Positions 38,625 through 52,337 of a DNA stretch of 64,000 nt are shown piece by piece. Source of the DNA: Octopus vulgaris (taxonomy: Eukaryota); assembly GCA_951406725.2 (NCBI GenBank), contig OX597818.1:93744001-93808000 (forward strand), in the 5' to 3' direction. Positions within the stretch are counted from its first letter, which is position 1. Each line of letters begins with the position of its first letter. The position numbers were made by a program, and so were the translations under genes. The notes below the pieces were generated by a model. It worked only from the letters and a program-made list of their open reading frames with translations, had not been told where the DNA came from and did no database searches.

Positions 38625-40545
38625 TTTATATGTCTCAGTCCAATGACTGTAGCCATGCTGGAGCACCACCATTGTAATCATCTTTCCACTTTCCACCTTT
38701 GTCGGAGCAACTTCTGGTGAAGGATGGAGTTCGATGCTACTGCCCTCTTTTGAGTTTCTTGCTTAGATATTGGCTCATCTGGGATCTTGGCTAGCCAGAG
38801 GTCAAGTTCACATTTGAAAATGTCTACATCCACTCCATGGAGGCTTCTCAGATGCTTTGGCAGACAGTTAAACAGCTGTGGGCCCTTGAAACCCAAGCTA
38901 TTGCAGTACATTGTCCTTTCCCGAGATGAAGCAGTCAGCACAATGGGGACAGCACAGTGACATCCTGTTCGTGGTCTGGTATAGCTCGTTATTCCAAAGT
39001 TTAGTACCAGTCCTTCCAGTATCTTTCATATATATATCACTGCATACCTCTCCCGCCTTCATTCCAGGGAATAGAATTGCAGCTCTTTCAACCTGTCCCA
39101 GTAACTTAATCATTCCATTGATGCAACTTTCCTTGTGTAATGTTGTTGGACTGCTTCAGGCTCTACTATCGTCCTTGTAGTATAAGGTGACCATAGCTGA
39201 GAGCAGTAGTCCAGGCGGCTGAGGATAAATGACTTCCACAGTGTCATCATAGTTTCTTGGTCCCTTGTGTGGAAGGTTCTCAGAATCCAACCAGCCAGTC
39301 TTCTGGATACTGCTATCATTTTGTTGATAGGTGTGTGAAATGAGGCATGTGTGTGAAATGCTCATTTCTATTCCAAGATCACGCACTGTATTTAATTCTG
39401 GGATCGTTGCTCCACTTGGTCCAATGTACTGATGTCATGATTCCTGAGCAGTACTTAACTGGTAGCAGAGGGCCTGGAATTTACTTGCATTAAATTGCAT
39501 GCTGTTATCCTCAGCCCATGTATAGATGGCATCCAGATCCTTCTGCAAGAGCATAGCATCAGAGGTCTCCTTGACTGACTGTATGATTTTTGTGTCGTCG
39601 GCATAGCTGGTAAGCATGACTACCTTTGTCACTGATAGCATATCCGATAGGGCTACCATGCAAAGCAGTGGCCCCAGCACAGTGCCCTGGGGCCTCCACT
39701 CACTATCGGTGTCTCTGTGGAGAGAGCTCCATTGGCTGCTACAGTTTGGCTCCTGTCATTTAGGAAATCATGCAGCCACTCTCCGACTTTACCTGTGATG
39801 CCAAGTCCCTGTATTTTGTGGCATATCATTCCATGGTCAATCTTGTCAAATGCCTTAGCAAAGTCTAGGTATACCACATCCACTTTTGCGCAGTTCATTA
39901 ATTGCTTCAATACCCAGTCATAGTGTCACAGAAGCTGTGTAAGATAGCTCCTTCCCAGGCGAAAACCATGTTGGGTGTCAGAGAGCAGGTCATTGTCCTC
40001 AAGGAACTCAATCAGTCTCTTCCTGACAATGCGCTCCATGACTTTACTGATGTCGGAGGTCAGGGAGACAGGTCTATTCCTAGCCTCTGCCCTGATTCCT
40101 CCCTTATGGATAGGGCATATTATTACCTCTTTAATTTTTTGGGGAGTTTCCCCATCCTGAGGGACTCCTGGAAAAGGATTTGAAACAGTCTAGCTAGAGC
40201 TCTTTTAAATTTATTTAGGAGGATTGCAGGGAATCCATCAGGGCCCATTGCCGAGTTCGAGCTCAGCTTTTCAATGGCTGATATCACATCAGTTTCCTCT
40301 ATGTTGATGTTATCAATAGTTGCCATTTCACAATGCGTGTCTTCGGGGTCAAAGAACCTATCCGGCACATTCACTCGCAGCTTCCCCAGCGGTATGCTGA
40401 AAGCACTCTTGTATTGTGCATTCAGTAATTCACTGATTCTCTGGGGGTTTGCAGCTGGTGAGCCATTTTTATCTAGTAGCGGTCCTATTTTGTAGCGCAT
40501 TGAAGCAGATACTTGCGCATATCTATAGAAGGCCTTTCTTGCAAG
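38625..40545 (-). mobile_element. 5'-truncated CR1-clade LINE
   Basis: SAMGPDG, VDVVYLDFAKAFDKIDH, LGPLL, SYADDTK, LDYCSQLWSP. 3' tail GGTGCTCCAGCATGGCTACAGTC. Confidence 0.92.
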
Positions 40546-42070
40546 TGGTAAGCTCCAAGTCAAATTGAAAGAGGGGGTAATATGCCCTATCCATAAGGAA
40601 GCAGAGCAGATGCTAAAAATTATAGTCCTATCTCTCTGACCTCACACATCAGCAAAGTCATGGAACGAATAGTCCGCAAGAAACTAATCATGTTCCTTGA
40701 AGAAAATGACTTGCTGACTGACATCCAGCATGGATTTCGACCAGGTAGAAGCTGCCTAACACAGCTCCTGCAACACTATGACTGGGTGTTAAAACAGCTA
40801 GTAAATGGCTCAAATGTGGATGTGATCTCGACTTTGCAAAAGCCTTTGATAAAGTCGACCATCGTATGATTTGTCACAAACTGCATGGACTCGGCATACG
40901 CAGAAAACTTGGAGAGTGGCTGCACAACTTCCTAAAAGATAGAAGGCAGGCACTTGTGGCCAATGGAGCCACCTCCAAGGAAACACATAACAAGTGGTGT
41001 TCCACAGGGCACTGTCTTGGGGCCACTGCTGTTCATAGTGGCTCTTTCAGACATGCCCTCAGTTGCTAAGATGGCCACCCTTGCAAGCTATGCAGATGAC
41101 ACAAAAGTCTCCCACACAATACAAAACCCTGGAAATATTACACATCTGCAACAGGAGTTGGATACAATATACAGGTGGGCTGAGGACAACAACATGCAGT
41201 TTAATGCCGGTAAGTTCCAGGCCCTGCACTACCGGCACACAAAAGTAAACGACATGCAGACTGGATACACTGGCCCGGGGAAAATTGTAATTCCTGAGTC
41301 AAAATCAGTGCGTGACCTGGGCATTGACATGAGCAATGATGCATCTTTCCAAGTGCATATTACTAATTTTGTGATAAAATGCAGACGGCTAGCTGGATGG
41401 ATTCTCCGAACTTTCAGAACAAGAGAGAAGGAGACACTGATGGTCCTGTGGAAAACTTTCGTCCTCAGCCACTTGGACTACTGCTCCCAACTATGATCAC
41501 CACACAATATAAAGCTAACAGCAGAACTCGAAGCAATTCAAAGAAGCTACACTAAGAAGATCGTCTCAATGCAACATATCAGTTACTGGGAAAGACTGAA
41601 AGTATTAAAACTCTTCTCCCTAGAGTGAAGGCGGGAGAGATATGTGGTGATATACATCTGGAAAATCCCGGAGGGTCTTGTCCCAAACTTTGGCATTGAA
41701 TGTTACCCCAACCACAGAACGGGGCGCCACTGCATGGTGCCAAAGATTCCAACATCACCATCAAAATACAGGACCAGATACTGCAACAGCTTGGGTTTCA
41801 GAGGACCACAGCTCTTCAACATCCTCCCTAAATGCCTGAGAAACCTGCATGGTGTGGATGTGGGCTTCTTTAAAACTAAACTGGATCTCTTCTTGTCGGG
41901 GGTCCCAGATGAACCTACCTCTCGGCAGGAGACACAGATGCCAGCAGCGGCATCGAACTCCCTTGTTGACCAAGTGCCACGTATCAGAGGTGGATTCACA
42001 TACTAGTGTAGCTCATTCAGCGGTGGTGCTCCAGCATGGCCGCAGCCTTCGGGCTGAAACATTTTTAAGG
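40546..42070 (+). mobile_element. 5'-truncated CR1-clade LINE, head-to-head with the previous copy
   Basis: QHGFRPGRSC, SGVPQGTVLGPLLF, YADDTK, LDYCSQL. 3' tail with hairpin at 42043-42056. Confidence 0.93.
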
Positions 42071-42347
42071 ATTTATATGAATATATATATATATGCTAGC
42101 ATGGAAAGTGGACGTTAAATGATGATGATGATGATGCTATATTAATTATTTTTATTTTTATGTTTTGGTTTATGTTTTTCATTGTTTGATTTGCCTAATA
42201 GTAGTGGTTTTATCTCTAATTTAATTTATATATATATATCAAATGTGAGGATAGAATTCTTTTCGAAAAAAATCTTATCAATGGCCAGCATATTAAAAAA
42301 TACCTTTAACGGTTAAATTTATAAACAATTCATAAATGAGGGCATAT

Positions 42348-42378
<31 letters not shown>

Positions 42379-42384
42379 ATATAT

Positions 42385-42444
<60 letters not shown>

Positions 42445-42452
42445 TATATATA

Positions 42453-43328
42453 TATGCCCTCAGCCATGCAGAGAGCCACGATCACAAGTTATGCAGATGA
42501 TACAAAAGTTTCACAGGTAATACAGAACCCTGAAGACACTATGCACCTGCAATGTGAGCTGGACAAAATATACAAGTGGGCTGAAAAGAATAGCATGCAG
42601 TTCAATGCTGAAAAGTTTCAAGCTTTATGCTATCAGCATGCAAAACTAAATGCAATACCCAATAAATACACTGAACCTGGAGGGATTGCAATCTCAGAGG
42701 CACAATCAGTGTGAGACCTGGGTATTTACATGATTAATGATGCAACCTTTCATAAATTGGCAATGAAATGTAGGCAGCTGACTGGATGAATTCTTAGAAC
42801 TTTTAGAGCAAGAGACCAGGAAACCATGATGGTCCTCTGGAGGACACTTGTCCTAAGCCACTTTGACTATTGCTCTCAGCTATGGTCACCAACCAGTGTC
42901 AAATTAATCACAGAACTTGAGGCGATCCAACAAAGCTACAGGAAGATAGCCTCTGTGCAGCATATAAGCTATTGGGAAAGACTCAAGAGATTAAGACTCT
43001 ATTCCTTAGAGCGTAGGTGAGAAAGATATGCCATAATATACATCTGGAAGACCCTGGAAGGACTTGTCCCAAATTTTGGCATCGAGAGTTACACATATAC
43101 TAGAACTGGGCGCCACTGCATAGTGCCAACGACTCCAAATTTGCCATCAAGATGTAAGACAAGATACTGTGATAGCCTGGGCTTCAGAGGTCCACAGCTC
43201 TTCAATATCCTCCCGAAGGACCTGCATGGGTTGGATGCAGATGTCTTTAAAATAAAACTGGATCTCTTCCTGTCAGGTGTCCAAGATGAACCAACTTCAC
43301 GGCAGGAGGTGCAGATGAGGGCACCTCA
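42453..43328 (+). mobile_element. CR1 LINE fragment embedded in (TA)n
   Basis: SYADDTKV...FDYCSQLWSP...YWERLKRLRLYSLERR, bounded on both sides by TA tracts. Confidence 0.9.
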
Positions 43329-43347
43329 TATATATATATATATATAC

Positions 43348-43379
<32 letters not shown>

Positions 43380-43381
43380 TC

Positions 43382-43440
<59 letters not shown>

Positions 43441-43452
43441 CACATATATATA

Positions 43453-43499
<47 letters not shown>

Positions 43500-43500
<1 letters not shown>

Positions 43501-43870
43501 CAGAATCAAAATCGAAATCGATCAACAGTAATGGAAATTGTAGCTGTGATACCAGTGCCGGTGGCACGTAAGCGAACCATCCGAACGTGGCCGTTGCCAG
43601 CGCCGCCCCGACGGGACACCGTGCCGGTGTCACGTAAAAAGCACCATCCGATCGTGGCCGTTGCCAGCGTCACCTGGCCCCCGTGCCGGTGGCACGTAAA
43701 AAGCACCCACTACACTCACGGAGTGGTTGGCGTTAGGAAGGGCATCCAGCTGTAGAAACATTGCCAGATAAGACTGGGCCTGGTGCAGCCTTCTGGCTTC
43801 CCAGACCCCAGTTGAACCGTCTAACCCATGATAGCATGGAAAGCGGACGCTAAATGATAATGATGATGAT
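43500..43870 (+). mobile_element. Isolated RTE 3' UTR/tail with internal GTGCCGGTGGCACGTAAAAAGCACC repeats
   Basis: Matches the 3' end of the RTE at 15172 and ends in (GAT)n. Similar pieces at ~6475, 31681, 49233, 61560, 63720. Confidence 0.8.
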
Positions 43871-43874
43871 GATA

Positions 43875-44650
<776 letters not shown>

Positions 44651-44866
44651 TATTATATTTGCGCACATATTCAGACAGAATCATACGTACTTGTAAAATA
44701 AAAATATATATTATTTACAACATTACATCTCTCCCGTTTCCATTCCCATATTGACAGTGTTCGAGTTACGGTATATGCATGCTAGAAACTCCGACTTCTT
44801 TACACTGCATATATATAAAAAAAATTAACTATGAAATGATTAAAAATAAACCCAATTAAGTGTGAC

Positions 44867-44914
<48 letters not shown>

Positions 44915-45331
44915 CATACATACATTATATACACGCACAAAGGAACTTCGCATTGTAAGTTACCGTTTCGTTCAGCTAGCGAGAATTAAAAAGCTGATGT
45001 TTTTAAAAACTTGTTAAAAATCTCTTAAAGATATATTAAAAGCTACATTTTAAGCCATTCCGTATCTCTCCATATGTAAATCGTATATCTATATTTGTAT
45101 GTATATATATATATATTGTTTACGAATGAATTTTGTATTTTTTGTGGTCAGTTAGATCTTTTTTTTTTACCTAAAAATTTTAATAAGTGTGTGTATGTAC
45201 ATATTTGTTTGTCTTTGTGTATGTTTGCATATGTGCGTATGCGTAAATGTTTGTATGTATATAATTGTTTCACTTGACTTTAGTAGAGTGGAGAATTGTA
45301 TGGTTCCAAGTTTTCATCACTGACCACTTAC

Positions 45332-45443
45332 CTCTCAGAGATTTCAGACCAGCCTGGCTAATTCCATGTTTACTGAGGAATAAAATAAGTGCATCGGTGT
45401 TAAAGTGTTTCACTTGCTGTACACTGACACCAACAGAGGCCAT
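45332..45443 (-). CDS. SAM-domain protein, first coding exon (N-half of SAM domain)
   Basis: Strong-context accATGg start. Encodes MASVGVSVQQVKHFNTDALILFLSKHGISQAGLKSLR. Donor G|GTAAGT, phase 1. The frame stays open upstream to a weak acceptor at ~45497, so a further upstream exon is possible. Confidence 0.8.
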
Positions 45444-48400
45444 GGTCAGTGCAAGAGTGGAAGCTAGTTCATTCACAGCTGACTTACAATAAATATCTGC
45501 AAGATTTTTTTTTAATCTTTTTTCATTACTCCCGTGCTTGGTTCCAAATGATCACACTCAGCAACGGTTTGTAAATTATTTATATTTTTAAAAACATTCT
45601 TGTACTGACCAACCTAATATTTCCACCACCACCATCACAACACATTAATTTGTCTCCCATAGTGCAAACATGACCCTAATTTAGAAAAAGGAACACCTAT
45701 TGTTGTTGTTGATGTTAAAACTTGTCCTACATTAAATATTTCACAGTGTCGATATACTCTTACTCTCACTTCTGATTTTTAACCAACGAAATAACCCGAT
45801 TCCTTCCACCTCTTTTGCCTTTTTCTTGACCTGTTAAAAATAAATTTCTCATTACTTTCTTCTTCTCCCCTCCCCCCCTCTCTTGCTTTCTTTTTCATCT
45901 ATTTTAATATTTTTCTTTCTAGTAAATTTCTCCTCTGCATTCTCTTTCTTTCCCCTTCTCCCCCTTTATTCTTCTCTTACTCTTATTTCCGCCTCCTTCT
46001 TTCCCTCCTTTCTCTTTCTCCCCCCTCTCTTCCTATATCCTCATAATACTCTATTCTCTCTTTTTCCCCCTCCCTTCTCTGACCACCAATATTCAGTTAC
46101 CCTTTTTACTCCTCTTCACTTTCTCTCTCTCTCTTTTTCTAAGATCATTAAATTTTGTTCAAGGATAAAATGACTAATCTTTTATTTCCCTACTGCTGTG
46201 AGTGACGTAGTGAAAGGAGATGATAAAAGTAACAGGATGAAAGAGAAGAGAGGGGGATAGAAGAGAGGGGAAAGAGAGAGATATGGAATTTGAGTGAAAG
46301 AATAGAAAGAGAAAGAAATACGAACGAGAAAGAATTGTATGTAAATGAGAGAGAGAAAGAGAACGTGTGGATGATAGAGTGAAAGAGTAACTTTCAGTCA
46401 GAGTGGCCGATTGAACAGGAATTCAGATGTAATGGGGAAGACAGAAAGAGAGAGTGATAAAGTAAAGATAATGAATGCGTGGTAAACAGAGGAGAAGGCA
46501 GAGTGTATGAGTGAGACGGGGAGACAAAGAATGTGTGAGGAGAAGACAGAGTAAATAAGTATACTAGATAGGGGGGAAAGCATAGCTGGAGTGACGAAAG
46601 AAAGGAGGTATGAGTGCTAAGTGATGTGAGGAGAAGGTTGAGTGTAACGCCATCATTGATAGTGAGAGAGGGAGAGAAAGAGAGACAGAGAGACAGATGG
46701 AGTGTGGTCATTAAATTTCTGTTAAAATTAGAACAAGAGATCTGTGTTTAAGTGTGTGTGTCTATGGAAGAGTAGGATGGGAGCCTATCAAAAATGACAG
46801 CCACTGCTGCTGATAGTATATCGCTACTATTACTGCTGCGTGAACAGCAGAAGAAACAATTATTTTCATTACTTTATTACCACTACTACTGTGTTGCAGA
46901 TCATTACTACTCCATTCTTTACATTCTTCTTTGACTCACGTATATTTTATTCGTCTAATCATTTTAAAATTTATTCTCTCTCTCCATCTGTCTATTTGCC
47001 CTCCACTCTTCATTAGCTTCCTTATATCCCTTATTAAACTGTGTATTTATCTATCATTTATCTGTTTTTCTTTCTATCTATCGATTCTTCCATCTATGTA
47101 TACAGCCATCTCTCACTCTGTATCTAATTTCCGTCTCTACAGACATCTGACTATATGCGGGTGCCTATGATAAGTGCTAGTATGTATCATATATGTAATA
47201 GCTAGTTCAAACTGCAAGAATCTCGCTCTTATCTCTACAGGGAATATCAATCAGCACAATAAATATCTTTATTTTTTTTCTTTTTATGTACGTATCAGTC
47301 TATTAAAATGTTTTGACAGCAGTACATTTTAACTGTTCACTCATAAGAGTAGCTGTAACATTTGACAGATAAATGAAAACCATCGTTATTTTTGTCCATT
47401 TATTTCTTGAATAGCAGAATACATTTTAGGCATTGCCTACATATATATGTGTGTAAAATGTTATTTAACCGCAGTTAGTCATGATCCAAGTGTTCCATAT
47501 TTGACCATCACGTCCTTTTTTTTTTTTTTTTTTTTCACAGACTTTGTATGTTTTAATTCCATACTCTTTCTCGGTTTAAGAACGTAGAATGTAGAGGGAT
47601 ACATTCTTGATTGGTGTTTCAAAACTGCAATTTCTTTGGATGTGTGGCAAGACGGATCAATGTTTACAATATTACTCAGAAAAAAAAATAGAGCAGCCCG
47701 AAGTCGTTGTTGACAAACAACAGCAGTATACACGTCATTGATTGGTTGAAATTTACCGAAATACGACAACTTTAGCAAAAAATGACTTCCAAAACACTGT
47801 TCAAACAGAAAAGATCCCAGAATTTTCTCAACAATGCCTAGAGTAAAAGATGTTTTATGTGACACATTCTACCAATATTCGAAGTTCGAAAGTGTTTAGT
47901 TTCCAAAAAATTATTTTTTAAATCTGACGGTCAAAAGGTAAAGATCCCCAAATTTTGAATAACAAAAATTAAATATCACAAGGGGACATCTGGATTTTAG
48001 AAATGATTCGGTGGGGCATGGCCAAAAATCGGTTGGGAACCACTGCCTTAAAGCCTAACTCCTAACCCTAAAAATTAACCCTAACTAGTATGCACTGTAA
48101 AAACATATGGTTATGTGGATGCATTGCGACCTCCGTATTTAAGTAGTGTCGAAAATATTTTGGAGTACTATGTTTGCGCTATCAGAATTTACGATTTTGC
48201 AAATAACTTTTAGAACATACTGTTTCAGTATTATCCCAAAGAGGTGTTATTTGAGGGAGATTTTTGTTGCTATTTCTTAAAGATCCAGCAACCAAGTGGA
48301 CGTTGCTTTGTGCGACAACTTCTACGTAAGTCGTTGTTGTTTAGCTTTGTTTTAAGGAATCTGTATCCAAATTGCAACCTTCTCATTATTGTTATCATGG

Positions 48401-48756
48401 CTGTTCAAATTCTACCGAGGTCAATTTTGCCTTTCTTCCTTTCGGCGTGAATGAAATAAAAACCAGTTGAACACGGAGGTTGATTTGATCAACTAATGTC
48501 TTCCCCAAAATTTTAGGCATTGCATCTTTAGTAGAAAGGATTGTTATTATTGCGTTGTGTCTGAGGAGAGTCTTTATTATCTTAATGCCTTATTATCTAA
48601 CACATTCACCAGTTCAATTTCCATTCATTTATTTATATTGTTGTATTTAGGAATGGTCATTTTGCCATTTTAGCCAATAAAACCACACGCACTATATATT
48701 TGGTGTTACTTTGCTTCAGCGTTATTCATTTTTTACATTAATCTTAATCTTATTTC

Positions 48757-48800
48757 GACCAGAGTTCTTTCGTCACACTCCTGTGACCTCATCAGTGGTC
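48757..48800 (-). ncRNA. Minimal type I hammerhead ribozyme
   Basis: Minus strand: GACCA-CTGATGA-G.GTCAC[AGGAGT]GTGAC-GAAA-G[AA]C-TC-TGGTC. Canonical core, 5-bp helix I, very short helix III. Confidence 0.72.
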
Positions 48801-49859
48801 CTTTGCTTTCTTCTTTCTTATTTGTGTGTCTCTACTTACTAACGGTCAGCCATTTTGTATTCCTATTGTATATCTGTTTCAACACATGATTTTACATCAA
48901 AAATCCTGCAAAACAAAATATATAAATGTATTATTTATATTCTTTTCTTCCAAAATTTCCGTTGCTTTTGCAACCTTAACGATGGATGTTCACTCAGTCC
49001 ATTGTCACCGAGGTCAACTTTGCCTTTCATCCTGCCAGGATCAATAAAAGTAAGTACCAATCAAGTACTAGAGTCGCTGTAATCGCTTATTTCCACCACC
49101 TCAATAACTACTGGCCCTGTAGCAAAATTTGACACTTATTATTACAATGATTCTGTTTCTGCTACATATGGCAGACTGGCTAGAGCATCTCAAAAAGAGA
49201 ATAATCTTCAACACAGCACATGAGCCAGCTTTCATCATCATCATCATTTAACGTCCATTCTCCATGCTAGCATGGGTTGGACGGTTCGACTGGGGATCTG
49301 GGAAGCCAGAAGGTTGCACCAGGCTCCAGTCTGATCTGGCAGTGTTTCTACAGCTGGATGCCCTTCCTAACACCAACCACTCCGTGAGTGTAGTGGGTGC
49401 TTTTTACGTGCCACCAGCACAGGTGCTAGGCGAGGCTGGCAACAACCACATTTCGATGGTGCTTTTTACGTGCCACTGGCATGGAAGCCAGTCTAGGTGG
49501 CGCTGGCATCAGCCACGTTCGGATGGTGCTTTTTACGTGCCACCAGCACAGGGATCACAACTGCAGTTTCCATTGATATTCAGATGCAAAATGATAATCA
49601 TCATCAAATGGACAGGATTTGCAAGCAAATATCTCATTTAAATCGTTGTGAGATTCCAACTGTAACAACAATTCAAACAAACAGGATACTGAAAAACCAA
49701 GCCAAATATGTGCTTGCTGCAGGAGAAAATATGAAAGAATGCTTCAATTCATGTTCTGATATTTGGAGACAGTTATCTTTTGGAATAAACGGGATGGGGT
49801 GGAAAATCGGGTATTGTTTAGCGGTAACTATAAAATTTTTTTAATTTTCTAGGTTGTCA

Positions 49860-50840
49860 ATCTGAGGACAGTGCAGTGGATTCAGAAAGAGTCGGAAGAG
49901 TCTAAATGTGATTACAAAGTACAGCAGCTCGGAAATCTCACTTTGATCATTCTGATAAGATAAGAACTGAATTTGTTGGTGAGATCCAGGCCATGATTGA
50001 CAACGATCCTTCAAAGTCAGTCAGGTCCATCGCCAGGTCATGGGAGTGTCTGAGTTTCTTATCAGGCAGGTAGTGCATAAAGACATTTGGTATTCTTTAT
50101 ACGAAATGAGAAAGGGCCAATTTTTATCCCAAGTCATGAAGGACAAGAGGAAAAACCAGACAATGAAGCTTTTGAACAAGCTCAAGAATACCATCCAAAT
50201 GAACATGCTTTGGTTTTTCTCAGATGAAAAAAATTTCTGGCAAGATCAGATGGTAAACACACAGAACAACTGTTGGCTAGCCGTGTCCTCAAAACATGTA
50301 CTGAGAATGATAAAAATCAAACATCCAGTCAACATCATGGTGTTTGGAGTGATCACTAGTGATGGCAACGTTATGTCTCCATTCATCTTCCCACACAGCC
50401 TCACACACAATATGGAGGCCTACATCAAATGCCTGAAGGAGGTAGTGCTGCCCTGAGTGAAGAGGGTGGATGCTGGAAGACCCTATGTCTAAGAACAGGA
50501 TTCTGCACCATGCCACACAAGCAGGAGAACCCAATCATGGCTATCAGACAATTTCTGTGACCACATCATCCCTAACATCTGGCCACCTAACTCTCTAGAC
50601 TGCAACCACCTTGATTATTATGTGTGGGGCGCAGTTGAGTGAGAGACCAACAAACATCCTTTTATACCAAAGATGAACTGAAGGAAATGATTATGGCACT
50701 ATTGACCAACTTAAATAAGGAGAACACCCAGGTTCAAGCCAAAGGCGATTTTATTGAATAAATTTACACTTTAATATTTCAAGATATTTTTATGTAATTT
50801 TGGTAAATAAATCTGTTAAAATGAGATGTCAGTGTTATTT
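49860..50840 (+). mobile_element. maT (DD37D) Tc1/mariner-superfamily transposase remnant
   Basis: FFSDEKNF...VMVFGVI...QDSAPCH...WPPNSLDCNHLDYYVWG, with 37 residues between the 2nd and 3rd Asp. In-frame stops. Confidence 0.88.
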
Positions 50841-50849
50841 CCAAATTTG

Positions 50850-52332
50850 AAAATTGCTGCCCTTATGGGGAAATTTGAAACTATTACTAATACTGTTCTG
50901 AAGTTGCTGTTCCTGTGGCAAAATTTGATATGGTTACCCGTACTGCCATGAAGTGGCGGCTTCAGTGGCAAACTGTGAGGCCGTCACAAGTAGTGTTATG
51001 GTACTGCCAGCCCTGTGGCAAAATCTGCAACCGCTGCTGTACTTTTATAGAACTGCTACCCCTGTGACGAAATCTGCGACTAGTAATGTAGTGTTATGGA
51101 AGGGCTGTCCCTCTGGCGAATCTGCAACCGGTAATGTAGTGTTATGGAAGGGCTGCCCCTCTGGCAAAATCTACAACTGGTAATGAAGTGTTATAGAAGG
51201 GCTGCTCCTCTGGTGAAATCTGCAACCATTAATGTAGTGTTATGGATTTGAGCTGCCCCTCTGGCGAAATCTGCGACTGTTAATGTAGTGTTATGGGTTG
51301 GCACTGCCTCTCTGGCGAATCTCAGACATGTCATCTAATGTTATGGGTTGCTCCTGCCCCTCTGGTGAATCTCGGACATGTCATGTAATGTTATGGGTTG
51401 GGTCTGTCAACTCTGGTGAATCCGTAATATGTCATGTAATGTTATGGATTGGCCCTGCCCCTCTGGCGAATCTCACACATGTCATGTAATGTTATGGGCG
51501 GGCCCTGCCCCTCTGGCGAATCCTTGGCATGTCATGTAATGTTATGGGTTGCCCCTGCCCCTCTGGCGAATCTCCAATATGTCATGTAATGTTATGGGTT
51601 GGACCTGCCTCTCTGGCGAATCCGTGATATGTCATGTAATGTTATGGATTAGACCTGCCCCTCTGGTAAATTTCTGTCATGTAATGTTATGGGTTGGCCC
51701 TGCCCCTCTGGCGAATCTCCAACATGTCATGTAATGTTATGGGTTGGTTCTACCCCTCTAGTGAATCTCCGACATGTCACGTAATGTTATGGATTGGCCC
51801 TGCTCCGCTGGCAAATCTCTGACATGTAATGTAATGTTATGGGTTGGGCCTGCCCCTCTGGTAAATTTCTGACATGTCATGTAAAGTTATGGGTTAACCC
51901 TGCCCCTCTGGCGAATCCATAACTTGTCATGTAATGTTATGGATTGGCTCTGCCCCTCTGATGAATCCCTGACATGTCATGTAATGTTATGGGTTGGCCC
52001 TGCCCCTCTCACAAATCTCCCATATGTCATGTAATGTTATGGGCTGGATCTTCCCCTCTGGCAAATCTGTGACATGTCATGTAATGTTATGGGTTGGCCC
52101 TGCCTCTCTGGCGAATCTCAGACATGTCATGTAATGTTATGGATTGGCTCTGCCCCTCTGGTGAATCCCTGACATGTCATGTAATGTTTATGGGTTGGCC
52201 CTGCCCCTCTCACGAATCTCCCATATGTCATGTAATGTTATGGGCTGGATCTGCCCCTCTGGCGAATCCGTGACATGTCATGTAATGTTATGGGTTGGCC
52301 CTGCCCTGGCAAATCCCCCCCGTCATGTCATG
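50850..52332. repeat. ~50-bp tandem satellite, ~29 units
   Basis: GTCATGTAATGTTATGG recurs at 51431, 51481, 51531, 51581, 51631. Consensus TGTCATGTAATGTTATGGGTTGGCCCTGCCCCTCTGGCGAATCTCNGACA. Confidence 0.95.
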
Positions 52333-52337
52333 TCTTT

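Noticed and set aside
48050-48090. Telomere-like CCTAAC repeats
   Set aside because: Only 3-4 degenerate units next to a hAT-like end (GGTTGGGAACCACTG); too short to call interstitial telomere.
50850-52332. Possible CRISPR-like array
   Set aside because: Units are similar along their whole length with no unique spacers, there are no cas genes, and the context is eukaryotic. It is a tandem satellite.
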